NCBI GenBank assembly: GCA_951406725.2
Contig: OX597823.1
Coordinates: 66,836,001-66,900,000, forward strand
DNA: 64,000 bases
From: Octopus vulgaris
Lineage: Eukaryota
Direction of reading: 5' to 3'
This document shows, piece after piece, positions 10,801 to 24,264 of the stretch (positions are counted from its first letter, which is position 1; the number at the start of each line of letters is the position of its first letter). The position numbers and the translations under genes were made by a program. Below the pieces are notes generated by a model. The model was not told the origin of the DNA and did no database searches. It worked only from the letters and a program-made list of their open reading frames with translations.

Positions 10801-13164
10801 TTTATTTTAAATGCAGTTAATTAGATAAAGAATTGTATATGCACTTCTAGAGAGAGAAAAGGAGAGAATGTGAGAGAAAGAGAGAAAGAAAAGAGAAAGA
10901 CTAATAATTATTTCTACTATAGGCATAAGACTGAAATTTTCTAAGTCTTACAAGGTAGATACTAGCGATATATATAAATGTATGTATGTATTATATATGT
11001 ATGTATTATGTTTGTATGTATGTATATATATGTGTGTGTGTAGAGAGAGAGAGATAGAAAGAAAGAGAGAATGAGATTGATCGTAGTATGCGAAGTACAA
11101 AAGGAAGAACACGAAAAAAGAAATGTATCAGAAACACAGTGATATTAGGACTAGAAAACTTTTAAGGCAAATGTTCCTCATTCTGTAGAGTTTCGTTCCA
11201 TTGTTTTAAGTTAAGTTATAGGGAGAAAATTTTGATGGTGAAAGGCAGTAATAGCTAGAAGTCTAAATGTACATATTCAGTATATGAAAAGAAGAAGATT
11301 TACTGAATCTAATACGAGTATGAACTACATATACAGTAGCTTGGAGTTACTGAGTAGAGATTCATATCAGTGGGATAAATCTTTCAGGAAACTGACATTG
11401 ATTTAGTAAATAAGAATTAGGAATAATATTTCTTAATTGTTTTGAAACCTCCTTTTCAGGATGATACAAAAACCCAATGAAGGCTAGTAAAGACATTGAT
11501 TTAGAAAGGAAAATATCATGGAGATGAGAATAATATACGATGAATGAAGGAGAAAAAGAGACTTATGCTTTGAGCCCCATTTTCGTTCTACTCATGAAAA
11601 TGAACTTTGGTTAAAAATGATTTCAGGTATTTTGATATAGATTAAATGGTATATATGACTTGGTGAAGGCAAAACCTTAAGTGAGATGCCAATTGAAGCA
11701 GAATCACGTATCCGTAGCTGCCATTTTCTAATAACATTTTAATTCATTAAGAAACCTTCTAAATTTTTTTTTGAAATTAAGTCTCCCCAACATTCATAGA
11801 AATTGATTACCAAAGCTAGATCTAACGTCGCTGACAGAAAAAGAAAATTAAGAATAAAGTACTTAAGGTTTATAACATTCAATGCACTCCACAATCGAAG
11901 GTATCCGGAATCATTTAATTATCACATACGTGACATTTTTGCACTTTACAACCCCTCACCAGCACATACAAACTTATATATCTGTTTGTAAGTAAGAATG
12001 TTCGTATGTATGTGTGCATGTAAGTATGTATATGCCACACTTATTACAGTGTTTCTGAAATAATGTTTCTCCAAATAATTCATTTTTGTACAACAGATGT
12101 GGACACTTCTTAAGAGACATAGATAAAACAGATTTTTTGAATAAATATAAATATATTTATGCTGAGTGTTTTCCTTATATCCTTATGAGAGCAACATTAG
12201 CGTTGTTGTCAAGGATGTTTAATTCCATGTTTGCTTTGAACGAACAAGGACATGACCAAAAGAGCTCAAACTATGAGCGTTAAGGTTTTCTCGTCAAACG
12301 TGATATATATATATATATATTATGATTTGTATGAAATATTGCTGTTATTTCTAAGAGATCGAACAACCATGTAATGTATTCGATGCTGGTGTGAGTGCAA
12401 AATAATTTCAGAAATTAGAAACAAGAAAAGGAATACGGAAATATTGATTTTTAAAGAAATAGAAGCGTTTCCGCCTGTAAGTAGAAGAAATATCTTTTGA
12501 ACTATTAAATTAGAAACAATTCAATTTCTTTTCCACAGATGAAGGTGAGAAACTTGCCCCATCTCATGATATTTTGTAATTGATATTGATTTATGTCATA
12601 TAGATGGAAGGTTAGTTAGGTCTTCCATAAGACAATTTCTATCAGAGGATTCTATTATATCAAGGCAACCAGAACAGGAATTGAACTTGAGACAAAGATG
12701 ATCGAAATTACATTCTATGTTGCATTAAGAGCATAATTTTTACATCGATTCTAAATATTACATTCAGCTTGCAGTAACGATAGATAATAGCATATGCCTT
12801 AGAATATATGTTATTTCTTCCCTTTGGGAAGTAATGGAACACCAACCGATTATATAATAGACGAGGCGATGTCTTATGTAACACTCTCCTTCAACAAAAG
12901 TATTGCAACATAATGAAATGTTAGTTCTGAAGACATAAAATCTATTATTACAGACAATATAGAATAATGGATTGAATTGTGACCCGACTATGTCATTAGG
13001 ACTTATAATGCATTTATACTATATTATGAATCGATTGAAGGAGGATCACATGACCTGATTTTGCATAAATAATTGCGTACGTCAGAGATTAATGTATACA
13101 AATGCCTATACACTATTTCCCAGTAGTGAAAAATAACGATTGGTTCACCCGATTCCGGATCTAT

Positions 13165-13701
13165 TTAGGAAATTGTCTACACACACTAATGGTGCCTGTT
13201 TGGTGGCCTAGCGCTGGTGTCATCCACTACTGCTTCATGAAACCTGGTAATTCAATTACAGCGGATGTATACATCAGCCAATTAAATGATGAGTGAACTT
13301 GCAATTAAACAACCGAGTTTGGTTAATAGAGACAAACCAATTCCCTTGCAAGACATATTGTACAAAGAACGCTACTCAAATTACATGGAACTGAACTTGG
13401 AGATAGTCTGTCATCCACCATATTCACTAAACCTTGCATCAACTGACTATCACGTTTTCCGGGCATTAGACAACGTTTTACAAGGAAAAAACCTGAAATC
13501 TGAAGATGCACAAATAGCTTTTCGTAATTTCATCACCTTTTGCTCTCCAGAATTCTTCGCTGCTGGCATAACTAAGCTGCCAATAAAATGGCAAAATTGT
13601 TTTGATAATTTAGGGGTATACTTTGATTAACTGCATTGCTTTTTGTTGAGATAAAATTAAACTTTCGGTCCAAAATTGGACATTTCATTCTTAATGACCT
13701 G

Positions 13702-13704
<3 letters not shown>
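13165..13704 (+). mobile_element. Decayed mariner transposon, 3' half with right TIR
   Basis: LMV.VWW..AGVIHY.FMKPG.SITADVY..QL, then HPPYSLNLASTDYHVFRALDN.LQGK..., [25 protein letters not shown]. Ends ...ttcttaatgacctgaTA. Confidence 0.9.
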
Positions 13705-13734
<30 letters not shown>

Positions 13735-13827
13735 TGTATGTATGTATGTATGTATGTATGTATGAATATGTATGTATTATGTATGTATATATACATATAT
13801 GCATATATATATATATATGCATGTATT

Positions 13828-13872
<45 letters not shown>

Positions 13873-16159
13873 ACATACATATACGCATGTATGTATATAT
13901 GTATACATGTATATGTAAGTTATCATTATCAGGGACTTTATTAAGCCGAGAAGACGATTTACATTATTACTCTACTGGGGGTAATTAATTTAATTATAGT
14001 GACACGCTAAACAGCGTGTATATTTGGTATAAACTGTAGATTTCTTTTTTAACTGGTAAACTGGTAAATGCGAATATAAATCTATACAACCTTTCCGTTT
14101 ATAGAGAAAGATGGAACATAGGAGTGAATTTAGTAGTTAATTATCTCAGAAATTATATAATAGATAGAACGTAAATGAGTTTCAACGTGCCCGGAAACGA
14201 AGTTGAGAGAAAAGGAAATAAAAATATGAATTCAGCTTGACGACGATTGCGTCGCCTTCTTTATTATAGCAAATATTGAGAGTTTTATGTCATGCTTGTT
14301 ATCACTCTTCCATTAAAATGGTAAGTGAAAATTCAATTCAGTCAGTCATCAACTATAAATCTTCTGTATTTCAAACAAATCATTTCGTAGAAGTATTTGA
14401 GAACTTCTGTGAAGATTCACAAATCTTTCTCTCATTTTATTTGTTATAACCCCCTTTAGTTTGTTCTAGACTTTGTTTTATTGAATTTTGTTTTTAATTT
14501 AGGCATTGTATCAGCTTGGCAAGGAAAATATAGATTGTCGACGTTCGCTGCATATATTGGCAATCAATCATTCTAAATTATTCTTCTAATATTTATCTTA
14601 AGGATTGACAGCGTGGAAATATCTTTTACAACTGATCCTTGCCAATCCGTGTTAGGTTGCGTACATTTTCATCTCGTATAAAAATCTAAATTTATAGCAT
14701 TAGTCCTATTAAAAAGTATTATTTATTGCCTAAATTCATAGATGATTAGGCATGAGCTAGCAGCACCTGCTATGAATATAAAATACGCACAAGAATATTA
14801 GAAGTATAGTTGTGAAAATATTGCATATCGTATAGTTATATATAGTAGTTTCTCAGCTTCTAGTAAATTGCTGCAGTAACGTAGGTTCAAATTATTAAAT
14901 ACAACAAATTTACTTGGTCTCTTTTCGGAAATGCACCAACGTTTAATCTCTAATTTTCTCTTTCTAAAATATATTAAATTTATACCGAGCTAAAACAAAA
15001 CCATACCAGACTTAATTTAATTTATTGAAAAGAAAATGAATAGAAACTTATCAAGTATAGTTCTTTACTGAGATTATTTCCTTCACAGGTATCACGTTTC
15101 AAATATTTTCATCAAGTTATCTTTTTATTTTTTCATTCGTACACATTATGTAGTTACATTTACCAAAGATGTCAGCGCCGGAACGTCTTTATGCTCATCT
15201 GGTGTGGTAAAAATAACAGAAATTTTCCTCAAATAAGCCCTTAGTTCTTCAAAAAGAAAAGCATAGAAGTACTGCTACAGTACAGTACCTGCGATAGTAT
15301 GTTGACTGAATCATAGACAGAATGTGATCACACATTAAAAACAAAAGCCAAAATTATATATTTCGAATAATAGAGGCAACTCTTCTGCTTCAAAACAATA
15401 CGTACTGTTTACTGTAAAACTTTAATAAGTAGTCTGAAATCACAACGGTATGTACCTCTCCTTGGTAACTTCAACAGCATCTGTCAGGACATGTAAGTAT
15501 TATTGCATTTTTCCACAATAAGTATACATGATAGTTGGGTGGTTAAAAGGTTTACATTGTAATTATACAGTTTCATTTTCTTGCTCATTAATTCGGATAG
15601 TGGACAAAATGTTGTCCTAAATCAGCTTCAGTTTTGCTAATGGTTTGCAAGTGAAGTCTAGTGGAGATACACGTCGTACATGTATGTATATATGAAAGTA
15701 CGTATGTAAATATGTTTGTCTGTGTGTATGCAGGATATTGTTTAAGGATATAGGTGTTGTGTCTTATCGTGTACTTTTGTATCATAATTGTTTGGTTAGC
15801 CTTTCAATAGACAATACTTGAGAAAAAAAGTAGCGCGCTAAATTAACTGTATAGATCAACGTTACCAGTTTAAAAATCCCGCAGATGGTGTACAAGCATG
15901 ACCTCGGTCAAGCCGCTAAAAGTAGCAAATGAAAATACTAGAGAACACTTAGTTTACAAGTCGGATGAACAGAATTCTCTAAACTATGAAGATACACTTA
16001 ATCTTCTCGTAAACTACTACATACTTTATTTAGAGAATATTTTCAACAAAAATATATTTAGTTTTATATAAAGAGAAACCATACGTACGCACCTAGGCTC
16101 ACACACACACACACACATACACAGAGGCACACAGGCACAAATACATATACACGTATTCG

Positions 16160-16219
<60 letters not shown>
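16160..16219. repeat. (GATA)n microsatellite
   Basis: Direct reading. Confidence 0.95.
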
Positions 16220-16220
<1 letters not shown>

Positions 16221-16250
16221 TCAAGTTTGTATGTACGTTTGTCCATGAAC

Positions 16251-16455
16251 TAGGGGATTCTGAAAGCTTCCAGGTTTTGGGTAAAAGAAAATACAGGAGG
16301 ATCGATTAATTATGATTTTATTCAACATATTTCCTTCTGAGATTCACACACTTATTGAGAGTGGCCTTTCAGTTTTTCTAAGCCGTGTAAAAAACACGGA
16401 ATGTTGGACCTCCAGCTACGCCTTTTGCGATATCCTCAAAGCTATGAACTCTTCA
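16251..16455 (-). mobile_element. Mariner 3'-terminal fragment
   Basis: Minus strand encodes FLHGLEKLK/..NKCVNLRRKYVE* (compare GI.KL..RW.KCV...G.YVE), followed by a TIR-like end. Confidence 0.65.
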
Positions 16456-16560
16456 AAACCTCCTCGTATATGAGTATATATACATACGTATATATCCACT
16501 GATACCTATATGAATATATACATACATGCGTGTTCCCGTGTATATATATATATATATTAT

Positions 16561-16623
<63 letters not shown>

Positions 16624-18555
16624 TGTTTCTTTATTAGCCACACAGGGCTGCACACAGATAGAACAAATTACAAGGTAGAGCTTTTCTTTTGAAGGTTTAA
16701 AAGAATAAAAAAATAATAATAATAATAATAAAATAAAAAATAAAATAAAATAAAAAAGGGGGGTCGATCAAAAGGGATCGTAAAAGGAGAGAAAGAGGAC
16801 AAAAAAAGGGGGGTTAAAAAAAAAGGGGGGAGGAAAAAAAATTGATCAATAGGGATCGTTATCACAGAAATGTCAATATGAAGTGTAAAGGGGAGGACAG
16901 GTGAGGTTTACCCGTGGAAAGAAAAGCCTACGGAAAAGACCACGGTAACCTCGGTCAATGAAGTCACATGTTATATTTCTTTTTTTTTTTTTTTGCAAAT
17001 AAGCAACTCTCTGTATTAATTTTTACGTTTCATACAATCATAGTCAAGGTGGCTTCGTCATTCATACGTGCCATCCTTGCTACATTCACCCATCTTTTTG
17101 TAAAACATTCACTAGACAAAACTTGCCTCTCTACTCTCACTTTTTCTTCAAGTGATACTTGAAGAAGTTGATGAGAGATTGACCAGAGAGGAAAGTGTTT
17201 GTCTCTAATCCTTTCAGACGCGTCCACCAGATACATTCTTTCGCCATAGCCACAAGTATGATAAAAATAGCTCTTCCTTCCCGTTTGAAGGAAGGAGGCG
17301 TGACGATATTAACGATAGACTCGGCGGATAAACCGACACGTCCCACACGTGACAGCAGTCGTTCGACATAAGCCCACAGGTGGGAAATTGCTGGACACTG
17401 CACGATTGCGTGCAGAGCGGTTTCGTCGCTCTGCCCGCATCTCGGGCAGGTCGGCCCCGTGTTTCTCGAGCCATGCCTATAGAGCTTATCCCGAACGGGT
17501 AGCGCTTCTCGGTAGCACCGCCAGGCCAGGGATCTCTGGAAGTTGTCCATAGGTCCCGGGCCGAAAGTCGTTTGAAACAGGCGGGTCAGGTATTCCTCGT
17601 CGACGCCCAGGTTTGCCCCGAGCTCGTCGTCGTACCTCCCCTCCACTAATCCCCTATAGAATGCTTTGGTTGTGTTGAAGTCACTCAAGGTCGACCCGGG
17701 ACGGCAGAGTTGCTTGAGAGCAACGCGACACTCGCGGTGCCATTCGCCCTTCTTCGGCCTCTTTTTGATCCACGACTGTAGTTCGGTCATGGAGACGAGT
17801 TGCGGGAATGCGTGCCTCACAAACGGCGACCACACCTGTTCACCGTCGTCTACATAGAGCCAGAGATGTCGCAGTCTCAGCGCGTGTCTGCGCATCATCA
17901 ACCACGGCATGCCCAGCCCTCCTTTTAACGGGTGTTGACAGCAAATGGATCGCCTGACCATCGGGACGCATCCTTTCCACAAGAAGCGAAAGAGGATGCG
18001 TTGTAGTTTGGTGATGGTAGGGTCGGGACAAGGTACGACGGTCAGGCGGTAGTAGATGACGGACGCGATGTACGTATTCGCCACCTCCGCTCGACCTTTT
18101 AGGGACAGTTTCCTCTCGGCCCATTGCCGGGCGAGAGTGACCACCCTACTCGTTATCTCGTTCCAGTTCTTCTCCACTTGGAGGTCCGGACCAAACCAGA
18201 ACCCGAGCAACTCAACCGGGCCGTCGGTCCAGCGTCCCACGACGGAGGCGCTGGTGGACGGCATGGGCTTGCTTCTCCAGGTGCCTAGTCGCAAGCCCAC
18301 TGACTTTTCCCGGTTGATTTTCGCTCCTGTCACCGCTTCGTAGTTTTTCAGTGTCTCGCCGACCAGCTCGATGTGCTCGTGGCTAGACACTATGACGGTG
18401 ACGTCGTCCGCGTATGCAGACACGCTCGTCCCGCATCCCAATTCTCGCGGGATGCCCCTTAGAGTCGCCAGCTTCCGCAGTAGTGGCTCAAGAGTCAATA
18501 CGTATAGAAGCGCCGAGAGGGGGCATCCCTGACGGACCGAACGTGCAATGTCGAA
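16624..18555 (-). mobile_element. 5'-truncated L1/Tx1-clade non-LTR retrotransposon inserted in a (GATA)n array
   Basis: (GATA)n on both sides (16561-16623, 18556-18606). 3' end reads ...ggctAATAAAgaaaca directly into (tatc)n. Coding part is far more GC-rich than the flanks. Confidence 0.92.
17030..18555 (-). pseudogene. ORF2 fragment: reverse transcriptase C-terminal half + zf-RVT-like Cys/His domain, one frameshift near 17140
   Basis: VRQGCPLSALLY, AYADDV (18403-18414), GAKINREKS, LSLKGRA, GGLG, CPRC...ETALHAIVQC. The reading frame continues as KVRVER...FTKRW in ORF 17030..17236 after a slip in an A-run. Confidence 0.9.
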
Positions 18556-19137
18556 AGATAGATAGATAGATAGATAGACAGACAGATAGATAGATAGATA
18601 GATAGCAGGGATGGAGAAAGTACAATTCAACCATTATCGTTTGTGTTCCTTTTTTGTTTTGTTTTGTTTTTCCTCTTTAATTCTAAGTTTAGTTCTCTGA
18701 CTATGCACTCGTAATAAGTTGTTATTTATTTATTCAGTCGTGAAGCGAGGAAATGAGATATAAATTTATGGTTTTTTTTTATTTTCTTTTGTCGTTCTGA
18801 AACTGCTGAAACGAAATAATGTTTAGATTTATAATTCATAAATTGGGGTGTAATTTATTTATATTAGACAGCCAGAGATATTCCGGTTGGTTTGATATCG
18901 AATGTCTTGATCGAAAATTAAGGGTCTCACAAAGTTGTGAAGTGACGTGTTAAAGTTAAAATATCCAGTCTTGCATTATTTTTAGCGAAATGATAATGTT
19001 ATGTTAAAGTGTGAAACCTTATACAATTAACAACTAAGTCAATACCACCGTTTTAATGACATGTAGTAACTTGCATTAAAGTTATTAATTGAATACAATA
19101 CATTATCATTTTTGAAGTAATAACACGTCATACATAC

Positions 19138-19371
<234 letters not shown>

Positions 19372-19445
19372 ATGAGAGAGAAAAATGCGTGTAGTGGCTA
19401 ACGATTTATCATATATATATATGTGTGTTACTATACACAATTTGA

Positions 19446-19710
19446 GGAGTGAGGACGTATGGCCTAGTAGCTAGGGAGTTGCACTCACGATCGCGAGATC
19501 GTGGTTTCAGCTCCTAGCCCGGTTGGTGCATTATGAACATAATACTAACTTTGATGTTGCTCTTCGATCACTCTCACGCGATTTGATGGATGGGGTAAGC
19601 TAATGTACAGCCCATATATTTCATCGCTATAAATAAACCCTTTGTACAGGTCATTCGACAAAAGCTGAAGACTCATGCGTCATCTTCGACGGGAAAGTCC
19701 GTCATACAAT
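19446..19710 (+). mobile_element. Diverged tRNA-derived SINE
   Basis: TGGCCTAGTAG (A-box-like)...GGTTTCAGCTCC (B-box-like). Head resembles the family C copies at 25975 and 56240; 3' hairpin gacgg..ccgtc. Confidence 0.6.
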
Positions 19711-21049
19711 TTATAAAGGGACAATTAAGCTTATGTTTATCTATGCAGTATTCAGCCAACTTAACAGCTAGTCAGTGTTTATTTTCTATTTAAATACAGA
19801 GATAATGCAGATATAATAGCAAATTGATGCATTTAATGTATTTGTCACGGGGGTTAGACAATAAGTGCGTAGCAGATGATGACGCACTACCGACTATATT
19901 AGCAGAATATGTGTGCATGTGTGTATGTGCGTGTGTGGTTGTGTGCACGTAGGACAGAGTGAAATCCTATTGTAATACACATTGCTAGGAAAATAGTTTT
20001 TCACTAAAACTTGCATTGTTTGTAATCCAATACGAGGATAAAATATTCACTGACGGTACAAGGTTCATGGTGTTTATTTGACCATGATTAAATAGAAGGA
20101 GTTTTACATTATGCTGAATTTGCGAAATATTAATAATAGTCGTCTCAACTCTGATGACATTCTCTTAAATATATCGGAGTTTTTGGACAAATGTGTATAA
20201 ATATTCATAAAGCGTTATTGCTTTTCTTACTGAAGCAAAAAAAAAAAATATATATATATATTTGTTTTTAGATACATGTATGTATAGATATATTAGGAGA
20301 ATACTACATCAAATTCTGAGTCATATTCCTCAAGTAATCTTCTCAGACTTCAATTTGGAACCAAATTTAGAAAGGCATTGGCCTCAATTTCACAAAGACA
20401 GACACTTTCCATTCTTTAATGTTTACGCTCCATCTAAAGATAATTTAGCCAAGATAAACTGTAATATATAGCAATCATTAGTTGTATTTATTTTCCATTT
20501 AGTTGCAAATACATTTCAGAAGTCCATAGAAACTATGCACAAATCAACTTCTAAAGGTTAACTCATTTCTATAGTAGATAGTAACTCGCTTTTAAAATTT
20601 GGATTCTAGTGATAAGAAAAACATAATAAAACGTAATAATGATCACGATATGTAGGTTGTTGGGGAACATCGCTTCAAAACTTTGCTAATAAAACCTAAC
20701 CACTTATTCTTCTTAATACGCTTCATAGTATTCCATGCCCTATTATATCTCATCCCAGAATTGTTGCAGTGCTTTAACTTGATTATATAACTTTGTTATA
20801 TTTTTATGTCATTTTGAATGTATTACGAGTGAATCAGCCTCCTCAACATTATATTCAAGTTTTTGGCCGCTCGCCATAGAAAGGCAAAAAACGATATTCC
20901 TTTATCGAATACACAATTTTGCTCTCCGCAAATTAGCAAATATTTCTTTCAAATTACAGCGGCGTATACATCATACATACGTACATTATCTACGCACACA
21001 TAACACACGCACTCTCATACAAATACGTATACATATGTGTGTATATGTT

Positions 21050-21520
<471 letters not shown>

Positions 21521-21879
21521 TTATACACGTATATTTAAACATATATATCTACGTATATACGTATATGTTATGTGCGTGTGTATATGAAGGTATGCATATA
21601 TGTATATCCTGTTATCAATCTAATATTGAATGTATTGTGTTAGCGTGTTTCAGCAGTCAATTTCCGGCTTTACCATGACACATAATAACGGTATTAAACT
21701 GTCTAGTTCTGTAGTTACAACATCCACTTGATGGAAGATATATTAAAACTGCGAACATATCTAACAAAATAAAATTATGATGTTGTTCTCCAAAGCATTA
21801 CCATGAATATTTTTAAGCGGAACAGCATCAGCGACAAAAATTAAACCTGTTTGTTTTTACGTATCACATACGTGTTATA

Positions 21880-22040
21880 GAATGGCTCATTGGTTAATCG
21901 TTTCGCTTCGCATTTTTAGAGTATAATGTTTATTCTCACTGCACGATATTTTTAGGCAAATATTTACGGCCATCTGCTCGTTCTTACCAGTAAATTGTGA
22001 AATTTTGTATATGGAAACTGCATGGAAACTTATCGCCATG
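21880..22040 (+). mobile_element. Highly diverged SINE family A head
   Basis: atggctcattggttaa...cactgcacg..taggcaaat...ggaaactgcatggaaac resembles the family A head. Confidence 0.45.
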
Positions 22041-23603
22041 ACAGTTCCTAATCTTTAGTGAGAGACTCATGTGTTGCTCAGTTTAGCACCACCATCTGGT
22101 TTAGGAGTGCATGCAATGGGCGCTACTATGTTTCCAGCTTTTCAAGCATATATACTATTTTTCAAAAATTCATTTACTATTTTTCTGTGTATGCAGTAGC
22201 ATCCTTAGACTAAACTACACATTGTTTAACTAAAATAATTGAGTCCGTATACTCTTACACACGCTCTTGCTTATGAAAAAAACACTTGAATGTAATCTGA
22301 CTACTTTTTGAGCATTTCGCTCAAAAAGAACATTCTTTTTTCATTATTATAAGAATATATAATAAAAAGTTTTCGGAGTTTCTAACAACAGGGCGAAGGG
22401 AAAGTCCGCATAGAACGTCGCTGTTGCGTACCAATACATGCACTCGAGCACAAAATTACGTTCGTATAAGACTTAGACAAGTAATTCATTATGGCTGCAC
22501 ATGAACTCACAAACAACATAAATGCGAATGTAGATACGAGAAGACATGCACAGATATTCTATTATGTACACGCAGGTTTGAGATAAAAAAGAAAACGATA
22601 TTTGTAATAATAACACTCATGCACATGAACACATACTCACAAATGCACTGGCATATACACACTTTCAGTCCTATGGTTACATACACATATCTAGACAACA
22701 AAACGTACTCGCACAGGCACACTCACGCTCATACTTACATACTTTGGTTTCTGAAAAAAATGAACAAATTCATTCATTGGCGTTTCTTCACAGATTCATG
22801 TAACGTTAACTATTACAAAACAAATCGTTCTCATTATCTTTCATGCTTTCTCATACATCACTTTATCTCTCTCTTGAGCCTCTTTGTGTCTACCTCCCTA
22901 ACTCACTTACCCATGCTCTTTCATATACAAAGTGAGATACATAGACCATTAGATACATGCATACATACCATACATACATACATACAAAAATAAAACGTGA
23001 GTATGTTATATGAAAAGAAAGTGAACTAAGAAAATTGGCCCATGGCATGTATTTCAACAGTGAAAGCTAGTAACGATATATTAATTACATTCAAGATAGA
23101 TTCTTGATTTTTTTTTCCTAATTCTTTTCGTTTCCAGAGGGGGTAGATCAATAGTTTGGTGCTACTTGGTACGATGTCGAAGTAGGAAATGGAATTTTCT
23201 AAAGATCAAAAGTTCTCCAAAACTAACCGACCATAAAGTAAAAGACAGACTCATTGTCTTGAGATAAGGGAACAACTGTGGACACCTGTTTCTGGTTAAT
23301 ACGCGTGATTAGTATAGAAATTATCCAAGCATATTTGAATTGATAACAAGTTGGTTTTTATATACATCACTGCTTAGAGCTTCTAGGCCGTAATTCATTT
23401 TTAAGGCTTAAAAAGATACGAGTACTGGGAGTCAATACGTTCGACTAAATTCTTCAAGGCAATACCTCAGCATTGCCGCTGACTGGAAGAAGTGAAAGAT
23501 AAAACACACACACATACACACAAATACACACACACACACAAACACATATACATGTATATATTAAAAAATCTTACAGAAGCATAACAAACGGAAATATTAG
23601 AAA

Positions 23604-23653
23604 AACATAACAGACAGAAAATTTCGAAGCTTATTCCTCATCAGCCGATGTCC
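23604..23653 (-). ncRNA. Degenerate hammerhead-like motif (HHR4)
   Basis: Minus strand: gacatcgg-CTGATGA-g-gaa(taagc)ttc-GAAA-ttttct-GTC-tgttatgtt. Core and stem II are good; stems I and III are weak. Confidence 0.45.
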
Positions 23654-23689
23654 AAAAGACCATTACCATCTCGGCGCCTTTGTCTGTGG

Positions 23690-23724
<35 letters not shown>

Positions 23725-24190
23725 TGTGTGTGTGTGTGTGTGTCCTTGGGAAATATTCGAACCTTTAAGAAAGTGATTCACTCCATTTTATCATAGAGAA
23801 AATTTGTGTGTGTATAAAAATAGGCGTAAAATCAGCAACTCAGTTCGAAGCGCTCTCTAGCCAGACTGATTTATGCATGCATTTTGGAGTGGTTATCTTC
23901 TCTGCAGCATCAAATATCGGAAAACGGAACGCTACGTACTGACAAGAGATGAATATCTTTTATTGCACGATTCTTGTGATAGTAGTTGCGCTATTTGGTG
24001 GTTCTCCATGCATGAAATACAGCGTAGAATTGCTAAGCAGTGATATGTACAAATATAAACTTGATATGAGTTCAATTCTACTTGGGACATAATTGTACCT
24101 GTAAGAAAACAATAGGAATTTACTATATTTTCTCCTGGAGAAAATTCCTTGCAGTAGAAAAAGAGGTGTAAACATACCAAGAGGGTTCGT

Positions 24191-24264
24191 TCGTCTCTAT
24201 GATACGAGTTCGTCTCTATGATCCGAGTTCGTCTCTATGATCCGAGCTCGTCTCTATGATCCGC
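24191..24264 (+). repeat. 19-bp minisatellite, ~4 copies (tcgtctctatgatccgagt) within a SINE B copy
   Basis: Direct reading. Continues into SINE B body gaggatgactttgcccttcatc. Confidence 0.9.

Noticed and set aside
17214-18343. Overlapping alternative-frame and antisense ORFs in the LINE
   Set aside because: Expected by-products of GC-rich coding sequence; no recognisable motifs.
18556-18630. N-terminus of the 497-aa ORF (MNCTFSIPAIYLSIYLS...)
   Set aside because: Read-through of the flanking (GATA)n tract. The LINE is 5'-truncated at 18555 and has no real start.
19663-19705. CTGAAGA...GAAA in a SINE tail
   Set aside because: The GAAA sits in the loop of a gacgg/ccgtc hairpin; topology is incompatible with a hammerhead.
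24191-24264. CRISPR-like short repeats
   Set aside because: Contiguous tandem units without spacers, in eukaryotic SINE context.
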